Shown here in pieces: positions 38,789 to 47,773 of a stretch of 64,000 nucleotides of DNA; the first letter of the stretch is position 1, and each line of letters starts with the position of its first letter. The stretch is from Candidatus Melainabacteria bacterium. GTDB lineage: Bacteria > Cyanobacteriota > Vampirovibrionia > Obscuribacterales > Obscuribacteraceae. The translations under genes and the position numbers were made by a program. The DNA lies in NCBI GenBank assembly GCA_963767815.1, contig CAVYFJ010000004.1, positions 501,800-565,799 of the forward strand, read 5' to 3'. Under the pieces are notes generated by a model that did not search any database, had not been told where the DNA came from, and worked only from the letters and a program-made list of their open reading frames with translations.

Positions 38789-40135
38789 GTGTCGTTTGAC
38801 CTTCGCAAAACCAGACAGACAATATTTGGCCAGAACACAGATTTTTTAATTGGCGAATTGCTCGTAAGAGCTGGGGTAATAAAACAAAGCCAGCTTGATG
38901 AAGCCTTGAAACTGGCCGGTAATAAGCATATGCAGCTCGGGCAGATGCTTATTATGGCTCGCCATATTAGCCCGCGAGATTTACAAGTAGCAATAGATGC
39001 TCAATCCGCGGTACGAGATCATGTTGTGGAGATGAATGTTGCTTTACGCGCTTTAACCAGAGCTTGCCGCTCGGGCACATCTTTTGCTGAAGCGCTGGAC
39101 ATGCAAAGCCAGGAAAGGACTGCTGTCCAACCGACCAATAGACTGGGGGAGTTATTACTTGAGGCAGGTTTGATCGACAATGACCAATTGTCTAAAGCCA
39201 TGCAAAAAAGCCTGTCTACTGGGTTGCCGCTAGGACGAATGCTGGTTCTCAACAGCGTGATTAACGAGGCAATCTTATCCTCTGCTTTGGAGATTCAAAT
39301 TCAGCTCAGGGATGGCACACTTTCGCGGTCAGATGCTATTAGCCGTTTGCGAGTGGTGGCTGGAGCAAAAGTCATTGATCATGCAGGTTCTGCTGATCTG
39401 GAAGAAGCTTTTTTGGTGCACACCAATTTGCCAGCACCACGAAAACAAGGCATTCGCTTGGGTGAACTCTTTGTTCTGGCTGGGATTTTGAGTGAAACAG
39501 ATGTGATGAATGCTTTGGAATTGAGTCTGGTCAACGAGCAGCCAATGGGGCAGGTGTTAGTCGGACATGGCTATATTACACAGCCATTACTTGATGCGGC
39601 AGTTCTACTGCAAGCTCTTGTTGATGGTTCCACCCTGCAGTGCACTCAAGCTGGTCAGTGTTTAGGTAGAGTATATAGTTCTGGAGTTGCTTTGGCTGCA
39701 GCCATAGAATCAGTACTCAGTGAGTCTCCTGACGGCAGCTCCGTTAAATTTCAGGACTTACTCGTCGAACGGCAATTGGTGAGCAGCGAAGGTATAGAAA
39801 CAGCTTTTCAATTGGCCATGGCTAATCCTCGTGTTCTAGTTAAAGTTTTAGAGATGACCGGCTATTTAGATCAGGTTCGCGGCAACCTTACACTTGAATG
39901 CTTTGACACAATCATCAATAACCAGATGAGCAAAGAGGATGCTTTAGCGGTGTTAGATTATTGTCTGCAAACCATACCGCAAAGAATAATTACATTTGAG
40001 GAGGCTGTGCAGGAAATGCAGGGGACAGGGCAATCTGATCCAGCTCAATCTACTGAAGCACCACCGATAACCGCAGAATCGGCCGGTATTATCTATAGTA
40101 CCACTTCTTATCAGTCGGGCCTTCCCCACCATTGA
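38789..40135 (+). CDS. protein with four T2SSE_N/MshEN-like repeats
   Basis: LGELLVRAGVIKQSQLDEALK, LGELLLEAGLIDNDQLSKAMQ, LGELFVLAGILSETDVMNALE, FQDLLVERQLVSSEGIETAFQ. Confidence 0.75.
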   Translation: MSFDLRKTRQTIFGQNTDFLIGELLVRAGVIKQSQLDEALKLAGNKHMQLGQMLIMARHISPRDLQVAIDAQSAVRDHVVEMNVALRALTRACRSGTSFAEALDMQSQERTAVQPTNRLGELLLEAGLIDNDQLSKAMQKSLSTGLPLGRMLVLNSVINEAILSSALEIQIQLRDGTLSRSDAISRLRVVAGAKVIDHAGSADLEEAFLVHTNLPAPRKQGIRLGELFVLAGILSETDVMNALELSLVNEQPMGQVLVGHGYITQPLLDAAVLLQALVDGSTLQCTQAGQCLGRVYSSGVALAAAIESVLSESPDGSSVKFQDLLVERQLVSSEGIETAFQLAMANPRVLVKVLEMTGYLDQVRGNLTLECFDTIINNQMSKEDALAVLDYCLQTIPQRIITFEEAVQEMQGTGQSDPAQSTEAPPITAESAGIIYSTTSYQSGLPHH

Positions 40136-40923
40136 ACCGCCGAAAGAAAATCCAGCAGTTGTTCAGGAACCAACAAGCAGAAGTGGCAGGACGACTGGAA
40201 ACATACCAGCCCTTACGCAATTACAGGCGGAAGCAGAGCTGCTAAATCAAACTACCGAGCCTCCACAGGCAGCGGAGCAAGCCGCACCGCCTGTAGTGCC
40301 CTCTCTTCCCAAACAGCCGCCCAGGGGTAGTCGAACAGGCAAAACAACAGGAAATATACCCGCTCTTACTCAATTGCAATTAGGCTCTGATTTGTTAAGG
40401 CCAACTCCCGCGCAATCTGATCAAGAAAAGCCATCGGCATCATCAGCCTCACTGTCTGGCACTGAACAATCGCTGGCCAATAAACCTTCTGGCTCAGCGG
40501 CCCAACGAAAAACGGTGAGCCTAAAGGCACTACTTACAGGTGAACACATCGGCCGTTGCCACTGCCGGCGGCACAAAAGTGGGATCTGAGCAGCCAGCTG
40601 GCAAAGCAGGTGCCAAACCGGCGCGCGATCCAGGAGGTGCGGCGGATGCGGAAGCGGATGTGGCCACCTCGAAAAAAGATGATGCTCTTGAATTGTCGGA
40701 AAACGAAAAGGCTCTTATTAAAGCAGCCTCGTCATTAACTGCCAGTCCGGAAGATATCCTGACAGCTATGCAATTGGCGGCTCAAAAGGGAAAAGATGTT
40801 CATTCTGAGGAGGAAGATCAGGAACCGGAAACATAGGCTTCTTCCCGCCATTTGATCCGACGTCCGGTCATTGGCATTGGCATGCTCCGGGCCAATTTGG
40901 ATTGATGCCAGATCGTTGGCATC

Positions 40924-41079
40924 GTAGGGGTCGATGCAAGTCGACCCGTGTTCGATGCGCCTCCTCTAAACGACGATTTTGGTTAAATCTAAACGGGCGG
41001 GCTTGCGCCCGCCCCTACGAGTTCGGTCGTATGCGTCGTTCCAACAGGGACAGTGGAGCGGACTTGCGCTCGTCCCTAC
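40924..41079. repeat. REP cluster
   Basis: GTAGGGGTCGATGCAAGTCGACCCG .. ACGGGCGGGCTTGCGCCCGCCCCTAC .. GGAGCGGACTTGCGCTCGTCCCTAC. The last CTA is the stop of the minus-strand kinase. Confidence 0.85.
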
Positions 41080-42317
41080 GATTTTAATGGCAGATAGACA
41101 CTAATGGTGGTGCCGATGCCGGGAGTACTCTGGACTTCGATGCGACCTTTATGGGCGTCGACTATCGCTTTGACTATTGATAGACCTAGTCCGGAACCGC
41201 CGGCTGCCCGCGAACGCGATGGATCTACACGATAAAAACGGTCAAAAACTTGGGGTAAGTTTTCTGCTGGAATACCGATCCCGCTGTCAGATACACAGAC
41301 TTTTGCTTGACGGACATGGGACTCCACCGATATTTTTACAGTGCCACCACTATCGGTGTATTTAAGAGCGTTCTGCAGGAGATTGGCAATGAGTCGTTTG
41401 ATCGCTTCCGTGTCGCCATACAGTTTAATAGATTCGACCGGACTTGCTTTTAAAGTCACTGCCTGCGCTTTGAATAATTCCTCAAAATCGCTTACCACGC
41501 CGGTGACAATGACATCAAGTTCCAGCCAATTTCTGCGTCTTAGAATAAGTGGGCTTTCCATTTTGGCTAACAGCATTAAGTCCCTCACCAGAGTGCTCAT
41601 TCTTTCTGTCGAACGAGTAATTGTCGCCAATCGCGTTTTTGTCTCGTTATTGTTGTCTATATCGGACTCAATCGACTCAGCATTGGCTTGGATGATACTG
41701 ATTGGCGTACTGAGCTCATGCCCCGCGTCGGCCATAAAACGTTGTAATACGGAAAAACTTTTTTCCACTGGGTGAGCTGCTTTACTGGAAAACAAATAAC
41801 CTGCCAGTCCAAATCCTAAAAGAAGAAATGGTGCAATCCTTCCCATGGTGATGCCAAATTGATGAATCGCCCCATCAACATTTTTTAAAGCCAGCTCAAG
41901 CTGCAAATAGCCAATCAGGTTATGTCTCTCATACAGAGGGACTGCATGGACACGAATGTGATAAGTCTCTTCCTTTATATCCTTTTTCTCGCCCTTGAGG
42001 CGCGAGAAGAGCATGGGAATGCCGATGGGACCGTGCACTTCTATTAGCTTTTCGTCTTTATCATAGAGCTGAATTGTGGGCAGTGATCGAAATGGGCCCC
42101 TGTGCATTATTTTCGCCCAATCCTCAAGGCTTGGACGGCTATTGATTGTGCGCACGGCTGGCACTAATTCATCGGTGAGGGCGCTTAGCTCATCATCGAC
42201 CAGTCTGGTCATTGCTGCTCCAAAAATCCAGCAGCCAAACGCGGCTGAAATCGTATAGACAATCATGGTTAGAAAAATAAACCAGAAAGTTAATTGCCAG
42301 CGTAAATTTCGGAACAT
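41076..42317 (-). CDS. sensor histidine kinase (2 TM, HisKA, HATPase_c)
   Basis: 413 aa. FMADAGHELSTPIS, NALKYT, DSGIGIP, GGSGLGLSIVKAIVDAHKG. Confidence 0.9.
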   Translation of the reverse strand: MFRNLRWQLTFWFIFLTMIVYTISAAFGCWIFGAAMTRLVDDELSALTDELVPAVRTINSRPSLEDWAKIMHRGPFRSLPTIQLYDKDEKLIEVHGPIGIPMLFSRLKGEKKDIKEETYHIRVHAVPLYERHNLIGYLQLELALKNVDGAIHQFGITMGRIAPFLLLGFGLAGYLFSSKAAHPVEKSFSVLQRFMADAGHELSTPISIIQANAESIESDIDNNNETKTRLATITRSTERMSTLVRDLMLLAKMESPLILRRRNWLELDVIVTGVVSDFEELFKAQAVTLKASPVESIKLYGDTEAIKRLIANLLQNALKYTDSGGTVKISVESHVRQAKVCVSDSGIGIPAENLPQVFDRFYRVDPSRSRAAGGSGLGLSIVKAIVDAHKGRIEVQSTPGIGTTISVYLPLKS

Positions 42318-42329
42318 TATATATTTAAA

Positions 42330-43001
42330 TTATTGTTCAAACTTGTATCCCACACCATGAATAGTGCGAATGACCGTATCGGATCCGTCCCCGCCTAGTT
42401 TCTTTCGCAGAAGTTTTATGTAGGTTCTAATTGTGTCTGAACAAGCCATTGTGTCGGATGCCCAGATGCGCTCTAGTAATGCCTCTGCGCTAAAAACTTG
42501 ATTAGGGTGGCGCATAAAAAATTCCAACAAACTATACTCACGTGGTACCAAATGTATTTCCTTGCCAGCCAGCGTTACTTTTCGGGCCAAAGTATCCAGT
42601 TTTAGTTCACCACTTTTTAAAACCGAATCACTCGATTGTATATTCCTTCTCAGCAATGCTCGCACACGAGCGGAAAGCTCTTTCAAATGAAATGGCTTGG
42701 TCAAATAATCATCTGCGCCGGCGTCTAGTCCCATTTCTTTGTCTTCAATTTGGGACTTGGCCGTCAACATAAGAATGGGCGTTGTTCCACCTGCCTGGCG
42801 AAAACGTTGGCAAACTTCCATGCCATTTAGTCCTGGGATCATCCAATCAAGGACAATCAAATCAAATTTGTAGACACGCAATTTGTCCAGCGCATCCAAA
42901 CCATTCTCGCTCAGCTCTACGATATGCTGATCTTTGGATAGCCAGTCTCTAACTGGATAAGCCAGATCAAGTTCGTCTTCAACTATTAGTATTTTAGCCA
43001 T
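42330..43001 (-). CDS. OmpR-family response regulator
   Basis: 223 aa. MAKILIVEDE, DLIVLDWMIPG, LTAK, winged-helix end IRTIHGVGYKFE. Confidence 0.92.
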   Translation of the reverse strand: MAKILIVEDELDLAYPVRDWLSKDQHIVELSENGLDALDKLRVYKFDLIVLDWMIPGLNGMEVCQRFRQAGGTTPILMLTAKSQIEDKEMGLDAGADDYLTKPFHLKELSARVRALLRRNIQSSDSVLKSGELKLDTLARKVTLAGKEIHLVPREYSLLEFFMRHPNQVFSAEALLERIWASDTMACSDTIRTYIKLLRKKLGGDGSDTVIRTIHGVGYKFEQ

Positions 43002-43182
43002 TGGTTCTCACACAATTATATGGCCTCTTGGCATTGGACTTCACAAATTCGCCACAAACTCTAGTTACTATGACAATTATTGACCGTTATCAAATTAGTT
43101 GCAGTAGATCAATTATCCAATTGATTTCTTCTTCTAGTGATAACTGAAAAGTACCGTCCTAAATTATATAGAGGTGATGATC

Positions 43183-43404
43183 ATGAACACGAAACAAATT
43201 CTAGCTTCCTGCCTGAGCTTATCAGCTTTAGTGGCAACTAGCTTACCGGCTTTTGCTATTAAGTCTGCTCCAGTTTCCGGTAAATCCCCAGCTGTGCAAT
43301 CAGCCAAGGTTAAAAGCGCAAAGATTAAATGCACAAAGATGGGTGGCAAGAAATCGGCAAAAATCAAAGCCACTACTTTAGTTGCCACAAAGAAAAGCAA
43401 ATAA
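43183..43404 (+). CDS. small secreted Lys-rich protein
   Basis: MNTKQILASCLSLSALVATSLPAFA signal peptide, then KSAK repeats. Confidence 0.5.
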   Translation: MNTKQILASCLSLSALVATSLPAFAIKSAPVSGKSPAVQSAKVKSAKIKCTKMGGKKSAKIKATTLVATKKSK

Positions 43405-43448
43405 TTAGCACGAACACCAGACCCTCACACGAATCGTAATGGCAAATC

Positions 43449-43496
43449 GTAGGGGCAGATTGTAGGGGCGGGCGCAAGTCCGCCCGCTTCTGCAGA
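43449..43496. repeat. REP copies (one truncated, one full)
   Basis: GTAGGGGCAGATT followed by GTAGGGGCGGGCGCAAGTCCGCCCG. Confidence 0.85.
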
Positions 43497-43510
43497 ACGA
43501 AGCCCGCTCT

Positions 43511-44977
43511 TTAATTGACAAGCGGTATTTTTACTATTCTATGCTTATCTTTTTCTACTGCCGATTCTTTAATCGCCGGTATCAGAGTATTGGAGCTATA
43601 GTCTGCCTGAGCACTAACTATTTTTGGCGATTCAGATTTTCCAGTTAAATTGCCAATTACTTCTTCGGAGAAGGTCATTAAAGGCGGATTTTTAGTTACC
43701 AGTGCAAAGCGATAACTATCAAGTGCAAGCGCACTTTCTTGGCTTAATACTTTTAAGCGGCTTTGAATTCTTTTGTCTAATAATAATTCGCGCTCTAGTT
43801 TGTTTAGCTCTGTGCCGCCGGTGCTCAATTTATAACCAATTTCAGCCGCTCCAGCTGCAACAGATGGGATTATCCCTGGAGCGAACAAAGCAATGGCATC
43901 GAGGGTGGCCTGAATGACATTGGAAGAGTACTGGAACGTTTTAGATGGATGACCGTATTTGTATACTTTCTTTGTTACTTTAGTAATTACTGGATCCTTT
44001 TCCACAGCAGCTTTCAATACTTCTTCAAGCTTCTTAGAGCGCTCCATGGTTGTCCATGGTGTTTGATTAAAACTGGCATAAGAAGCTGGTATATTTCCTA
44101 GCCACTGTGTCATGGCTTTAACAGCGCGTGCGGCTTCTTCATCACCTACCAAAGTTACAAGCGCTTCTTTGCCTGCTGTAATTGACTTGGCGCCACGCTC
44201 GGATTCATTATTGCCAATACCTTCGGCTATTTCCATTAGACTGGACACAATCTGGAAATGAATTTGGTCAATATATTTTTGCCTTACATATTCTGCCCAG
44301 GCATTATTGCGAATTTTATAATCATGTGACTCACAAATTAGCCTGCCTGCGCGCATAGACGGCTCAATACCTTGGTATTCAATCTCCTGATTTACACCAT
44401 CTTTGATAACGGCAACGGACTTATGCACAAAATTATTTTGACGCTTAACTTGCTCATCTAATTTCTTGCCTTCCGGTGAATTTTCAAAATGAGTGTCAAC
44501 AAGATAATTAACCAGGCGGTCAACATCAAATGGACCTTCAAAGTCAGAAACACTACCGCTAATCAATTTACTATTTTTGCCAATATTGGCTGTTGTGCCA
44601 GCCGAATCTGCACTGGCGATCAGTGTGTTTTGCAGAGTTTCGGGCGCTGAAAGTGTCAACACTTCATATTTTTTTGGTTTGAACAAATCAAGGCCGCTAT
44701 TTTGCGCAGCTGCGCTTGCTTTTGCCTCATTCGAGGATGCTACGGCTTGATCAGGTTGTGCGCCCAATTGTCCTTGAAAAGGAAGTGACCATTTGGGGAC
44801 TAACAAAACTGAACGTTTTTTATCAGTGCCAGAATTTGAATGGGATCCAGAATTACTCGGTGCTGCCGTTACAGAAATTTCGCTCACCAGTACATTTGGC
44901 TGAGCTTGATTTACTGCTGCTATTGAAGCAGTAGTACAAAGAAAATAACTGGCAGCCGCTAAATATTTGACTTTCAA
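43511..44977 (-). CDS. exported hypothetical protein
   Basis: 488-aa ORF, signal peptide MKVKYLAAASYFLCTTASIAA. No family recognised. Confidence 0.65.
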   Translation of the reverse strand: MKVKYLAAASYFLCTTASIAAVNQAQPNVLVSEISVTAAPSNSGSHSNSGTDKKRSVLLVPKWSLPFQGQLGAQPDQAVASSNEAKASAAAQNSGLDLFKPKKYEVLTLSAPETLQNTLIASADSAGTTANIGKNSKLISGSVSDFEGPFDVDRLVNYLVDTHFENSPEGKKLDEQVKRQNNFVHKSVAVIKDGVNQEIEYQGIEPSMRAGRLICESHDYKIRNNAWAEYVRQKYIDQIHFQIVSSLMEIAEGIGNNESERGAKSITAGKEALVTLVGDEEAARAVKAMTQWLGNIPASYASFNQTPWTTMERSKKLEEVLKAAVEKDPVITKVTKKVYKYGHPSKTFQYSSNVIQATLDAIALFAPGIIPSVAAGAAEIGYKLSTGGTELNKLERELLLDKRIQSRLKVLSQESALALDSYRFALVTKNPPLMTFSEEVIGNLTGKSESPKIVSAQADYSSNTLIPAIKESAVEKDKHRIVKIPLVN

Positions 44978-45255
44978 TCTAAATTTTTCACGTGTGTTTG
45001 TGCTGCGTCCAGCTTAACTCTCTCTGGACCAAGTGAAGCTTAAAGTTTTCTATTTATTTCCAGCTATCCCATGACAAGCAAATAAAACACGCAACCAGGC
45101 TTAAAAGTTGTTCGATGAAACAAAGTGAACAAATATCAAGAGAAACCGGTTTGTTCAACCAATTCAACCCTTTTAGACAAACTCTATTTCGGATTATTAT
45201 AATGCCCATGTAAGCATATGGATTGGATGCGTTGCGGCAATGAGGAAAATATTCT

Positions 45256-45789
45256 ATGGAACTAACTGGCAAGAAAGTATTGATTTTAGCTGGACCGGAC
45301 TTCGAAGATAGGGAGCTTTTTTATCCGCTCTATCGTTTACAGGAAGCAGGCGCAACGGTGAAAGTAGCTGGCTTGGGTGAAAAAACCTACAAAGGGAAAT
45401 ATGGCGTGCCGATAGACGTTGATGGCAACGCGCAAGACTTTGTTCAGGAAACTTGGCATGCGGTGTTTATTCCTGGTGGCTGGGCGCCGGATAAGATACG
45501 CGCTGATAAGGCAGCGTTAGAAATTGTGCGCAAAGCAATGAGCAGCGGCAATATTGTCGCTGCAATTTGTCATGCCGGCTGGGTGCTGGCGTCGGCTGAT
45601 GTGGTGCGCGGCAAAACTGTTACCAGTTTCGTTAACATCAAAGACGATCTAATTCACGCTGGTGCTAAGTGGGTGGATCAAGAAGTGGTTATTGATGGCA
45701 ACCTGGTCACATCGCGCAAGCCTGCAGATTTGCCTGCCTTTTGCCGCGAAGTAATAAAACTGATGGCCAAAACAAAAGTGGCCGTGTGA
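45256..45789 (+). CDS. DJ-1/PfpI-family protease/deglycase
   Basis: 177 aa. FEDRELFYP, VAAICHAGWVL nucleophile elbow, LVTSRKPADLPAF. Confidence 0.88.
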   Translation: MELTGKKVLILAGPDFEDRELFYPLYRLQEAGATVKVAGLGEKTYKGKYGVPIDVDGNAQDFVQETWHAVFIPGGWAPDKIRADKAALEIVRKAMSSGNIVAAICHAGWVLASADVVRGKTVTSFVNIKDDLIHAGAKWVDQEVVIDGNLVTSRKPADLPAFCREVIKLMAKTKVAV

Positions 45790-45819
45790 CAGGATAAGAC
45801 GGCGTACATGCTTGAAATT

Positions 45820-45876
45820 GTAGGGGCGGATTGCATCCGCCCGTTGATGTAACGGGCGCACATGCCGCGCCCCTAC
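45820..45876. repeat. REPIN (inverted REP doublet)
   Basis: GTAGGGGCGGATTGCATCCGCCCG-ttgatgta-ACGGGCGCACATGCCGCGCCCCTAC. Confidence 0.9.
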
Positions 45877-45906
45877 AAATAGTCCCACATTCGAATCACT
45901 TTATCG

Positions 45907-45934
45907 AATGATGCCAAGCATGCTTGGCATCATT
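45907..45934. terminator. perfect 28-nt palindrome (possible bidirectional terminator or insulator)
   Basis: AATGATGCCAAGCATGCTTGGCATCATT. Only a weak T-tract follows (GAATTTTA). Confidence 0.35.
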
Positions 45935-45944
45935 GAATTTTACT

Positions 45945-46005
45945 TTGCGCTAGCTGCGCTAGTCTTGAAGGTCCGAATTAATATCTTATTTTTATCCAAT
46001 CTGGG
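45945..46005 (+). promoter_or_regulatory. conserved island leader, copy 5
   Basis: TTGCGCTAGCTGCGCTAG at 45945-45962. GCGCTA (45956-45961)-N17-TAATAT (45979-45984), then TTATTTTTA. Confidence 0.6.
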
Positions 46006-46274
46006 GCTGAGTTTGTATGAGGCTAGAGCATATGTCTCAGTTATCTAAAGTTCGATAAGAATATTCTGCTCTCGGAAAACTTGATTTTATCTGCTTCTTG
46101 TCATTAGGCTGCAGGTATCGATTTGGTTTTCAATTTTTTTTCGAAGGGAGGTCTGCATGCAATGAGAATGTTTTCTGTCGCAGTTGTTCTGTGACGGAAA
46201 ACAACCGGGAAAGTCGCGCAGGCTTTCTTGAACGAAAGTGATTAGACATTTCAGACAAGGAAAGCGAGGTCCCT

Positions 46275-46670
46275 ATGGGGACGGATGTGGATGCACAAGC
46301 ACAAGCAGAGCCAGAAGCGCCTTTTCTTGCGGCGATTGCCAAACGCCAACGGCAGGCTGAAGAGGACTTCGACGCACTGTGGGAGCGGGTGAAGTTCAAT
46401 CTGCAGGGCGACGCAGCCGAAGAGTTCTGGCAGCAATGGATGCTGCCGCTCAAGCGGCGCGTCCGACAGACGGAGGACAATTTCTTTGTTCTGGCTGCCA
46501 AAGGACTCTTGCAGAAAGAGCCGCATCAATGGGTCGCGTGGACGGCCCAAGTCTGTCACGTCGCGTCCCTGTTGCGGGACGCAAGAGAGTTTTACATCCA
46601 GGATGGCATGCAAGACGTGTGCCAGAGTTTCCTGGGAGAAGCAGCCTCCCGATGTATGAATCTCTATTAG
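46275..46670 (+). CDS. ORFan 1 in GC-rich island E
   Basis: 131-aa ORF on the strand the leader points to. Competing overlapping ORFs exist in other frames and on the other strand. Confidence 0.45.
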   Translation: MGTDVDAQAQAEPEAPFLAAIAKRQRQAEEDFDALWERVKFNLQGDAAEEFWQQWMLPLKRRVRQTEDNFFVLAAKGLLQKEPHQWVAWTAQVCHVASLLRDAREFYIQDGMQDVCQSFLGEAASRCMNLY

Positions 46671-46820
46671 TTGCCGAACCCGGCGACCAATCCGCTGCTT
46701 GCGGCGGGCAATGTCAGAATGCCTCGGGCGGACACAGCCCCTTCAGCCCTTGTTTGAGAACGAGGGCTGACGCTCAACTTCGGATCAGTAGCACTCTCAC
46801 TCTAACCACAAAGGCAAACG

Positions 46821-47228
46821 ATGCCCAAGACTCGCACGGAGCAGGCTACAGAGATCGAATTGGATCTCCGCAATGATCTAACTGCACTTCTAGCGGAGAT
46901 ACGAGCTGCCGGTGGTGATTGGCAAATGCCAAGCCGTCCGGACCTGGATCGACTTTCAGAGATCTTGCCGCCCGCGCGGGGCAATATTTTTGAGAGAACT
47001 GTACGGTTGATTGAGACTCTGCCGGAGGATGAGGCAGAGACCTTGATCAGAGGACTGGCTATGATTCACGCGTTGCTCGGGCTTACGCTGGATGCTCGCC
47101 GTAAGCATCGCCACGAACGTTTCGGAATCGACGTCATGATGACGACCCTCCATCCCGCCCGACAAAGGGCGGATCAGTTTCTAGAACGTCTCGACGTTCT
47201 CGTGAAACGCTTCTGTACCACCACCTGA
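46821..47228 (+). CDS. ORFan 2 in GC-rich island E
   Basis: 135-aa helical-looking ORF ending 27 nt before a strong GC hairpin. Confidence 0.5.
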   Translation: MPKTRTEQATEIELDLRNDLTALLAEIRAAGGDWQMPSRPDLDRLSEILPPARGNIFERTVRLIETLPEDEAETLIRGLAMIHALLGLTLDARRKHRHERFGIDVMMTTLHPARQRADQFLERLDVLVKRFCTTT

Positions 47229-47254
47229 AGCGCTTCTGACGATATGTTTTCCCA

Positions 47255-47282
47255 CCCCGGACGGACGCCACTCCGTCCGGGG
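47255..47282 (+). terminator. GC hairpin at the end of island E
   Basis: CCCCGGACGGA-cgccac-TCCGTCCGGGG. No clear U-tract, so terminator function is uncertain. Confidence 0.4.
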
Positions 47283-47383
47283 ACAGCATCATTCGATTAT
47301 TGCCATAATTTTCTTTTTCCAGTCAATTCTATCGGACATTTCCTGCCGCGCGCTTGGCAAAAACAACAGATGTTGCTTGCCGG

Positions 47384-47686
47384 CTAACTCATCTTTGCTG
47401 ATGTGTTTGAAGACATCAGTGTTCTTTTCTTTTCTGTGAGCAAAAAAGCAAAAGGTATGCGAGCGATTTCCGCGTCATTTTTTGTTTCATAGAATAGAGC
47501 TAGTCCATCGCCGTCAACTAATTGCATTTGCGAGATGATCAAATGAGGCTGATTTTTGCGTGCTAAGAAAAGGGCTAAGGCTATTGAATTAGCCGTGATC
47601 ACCACAGCATCTTCTTGATCCAATGAATCTTTTATCGGTTGAAAATAGGAAGCTTCTTTGCCAGCCGCCAGCAGTTTTAAAGTCAT
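47384..47686 (-). CDS. stand-alone receiver-like domain (probable pseudo-receiver)
   Basis: 100 aa with a CheY-like fold pattern. The N-terminal acidic pair is absent (LLAAGKE) and the phospho-acceptor position reads ISQ instead of the usual D. Confidence 0.55.
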   Translation of the reverse strand: MTLKLLAAGKEASYFQPIKDSLDQEDAVVITANSIALALFLARKNQPHLIISQMQLVDGDGLALFYETKNDAEIARIPFAFLLTEKKRTLMSSNTSAKMS

Positions 47687-47773
47687 TTTTCTTTTAAATC
47701 AAATATTGAGCTTATGATTAAACCGGCGAGTAATTAATCGCATGCGATAATTATGCCAGGCAGGATGGATGAT

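Noticed and set aside
46149-46195. Tiny ORFs behind a strong SD in the island E leader, as a possible attenuation peptide.
   Set aside because: This occurs in a single case. The other five leaders have no comparable mini-ORF, so it is probably chance.
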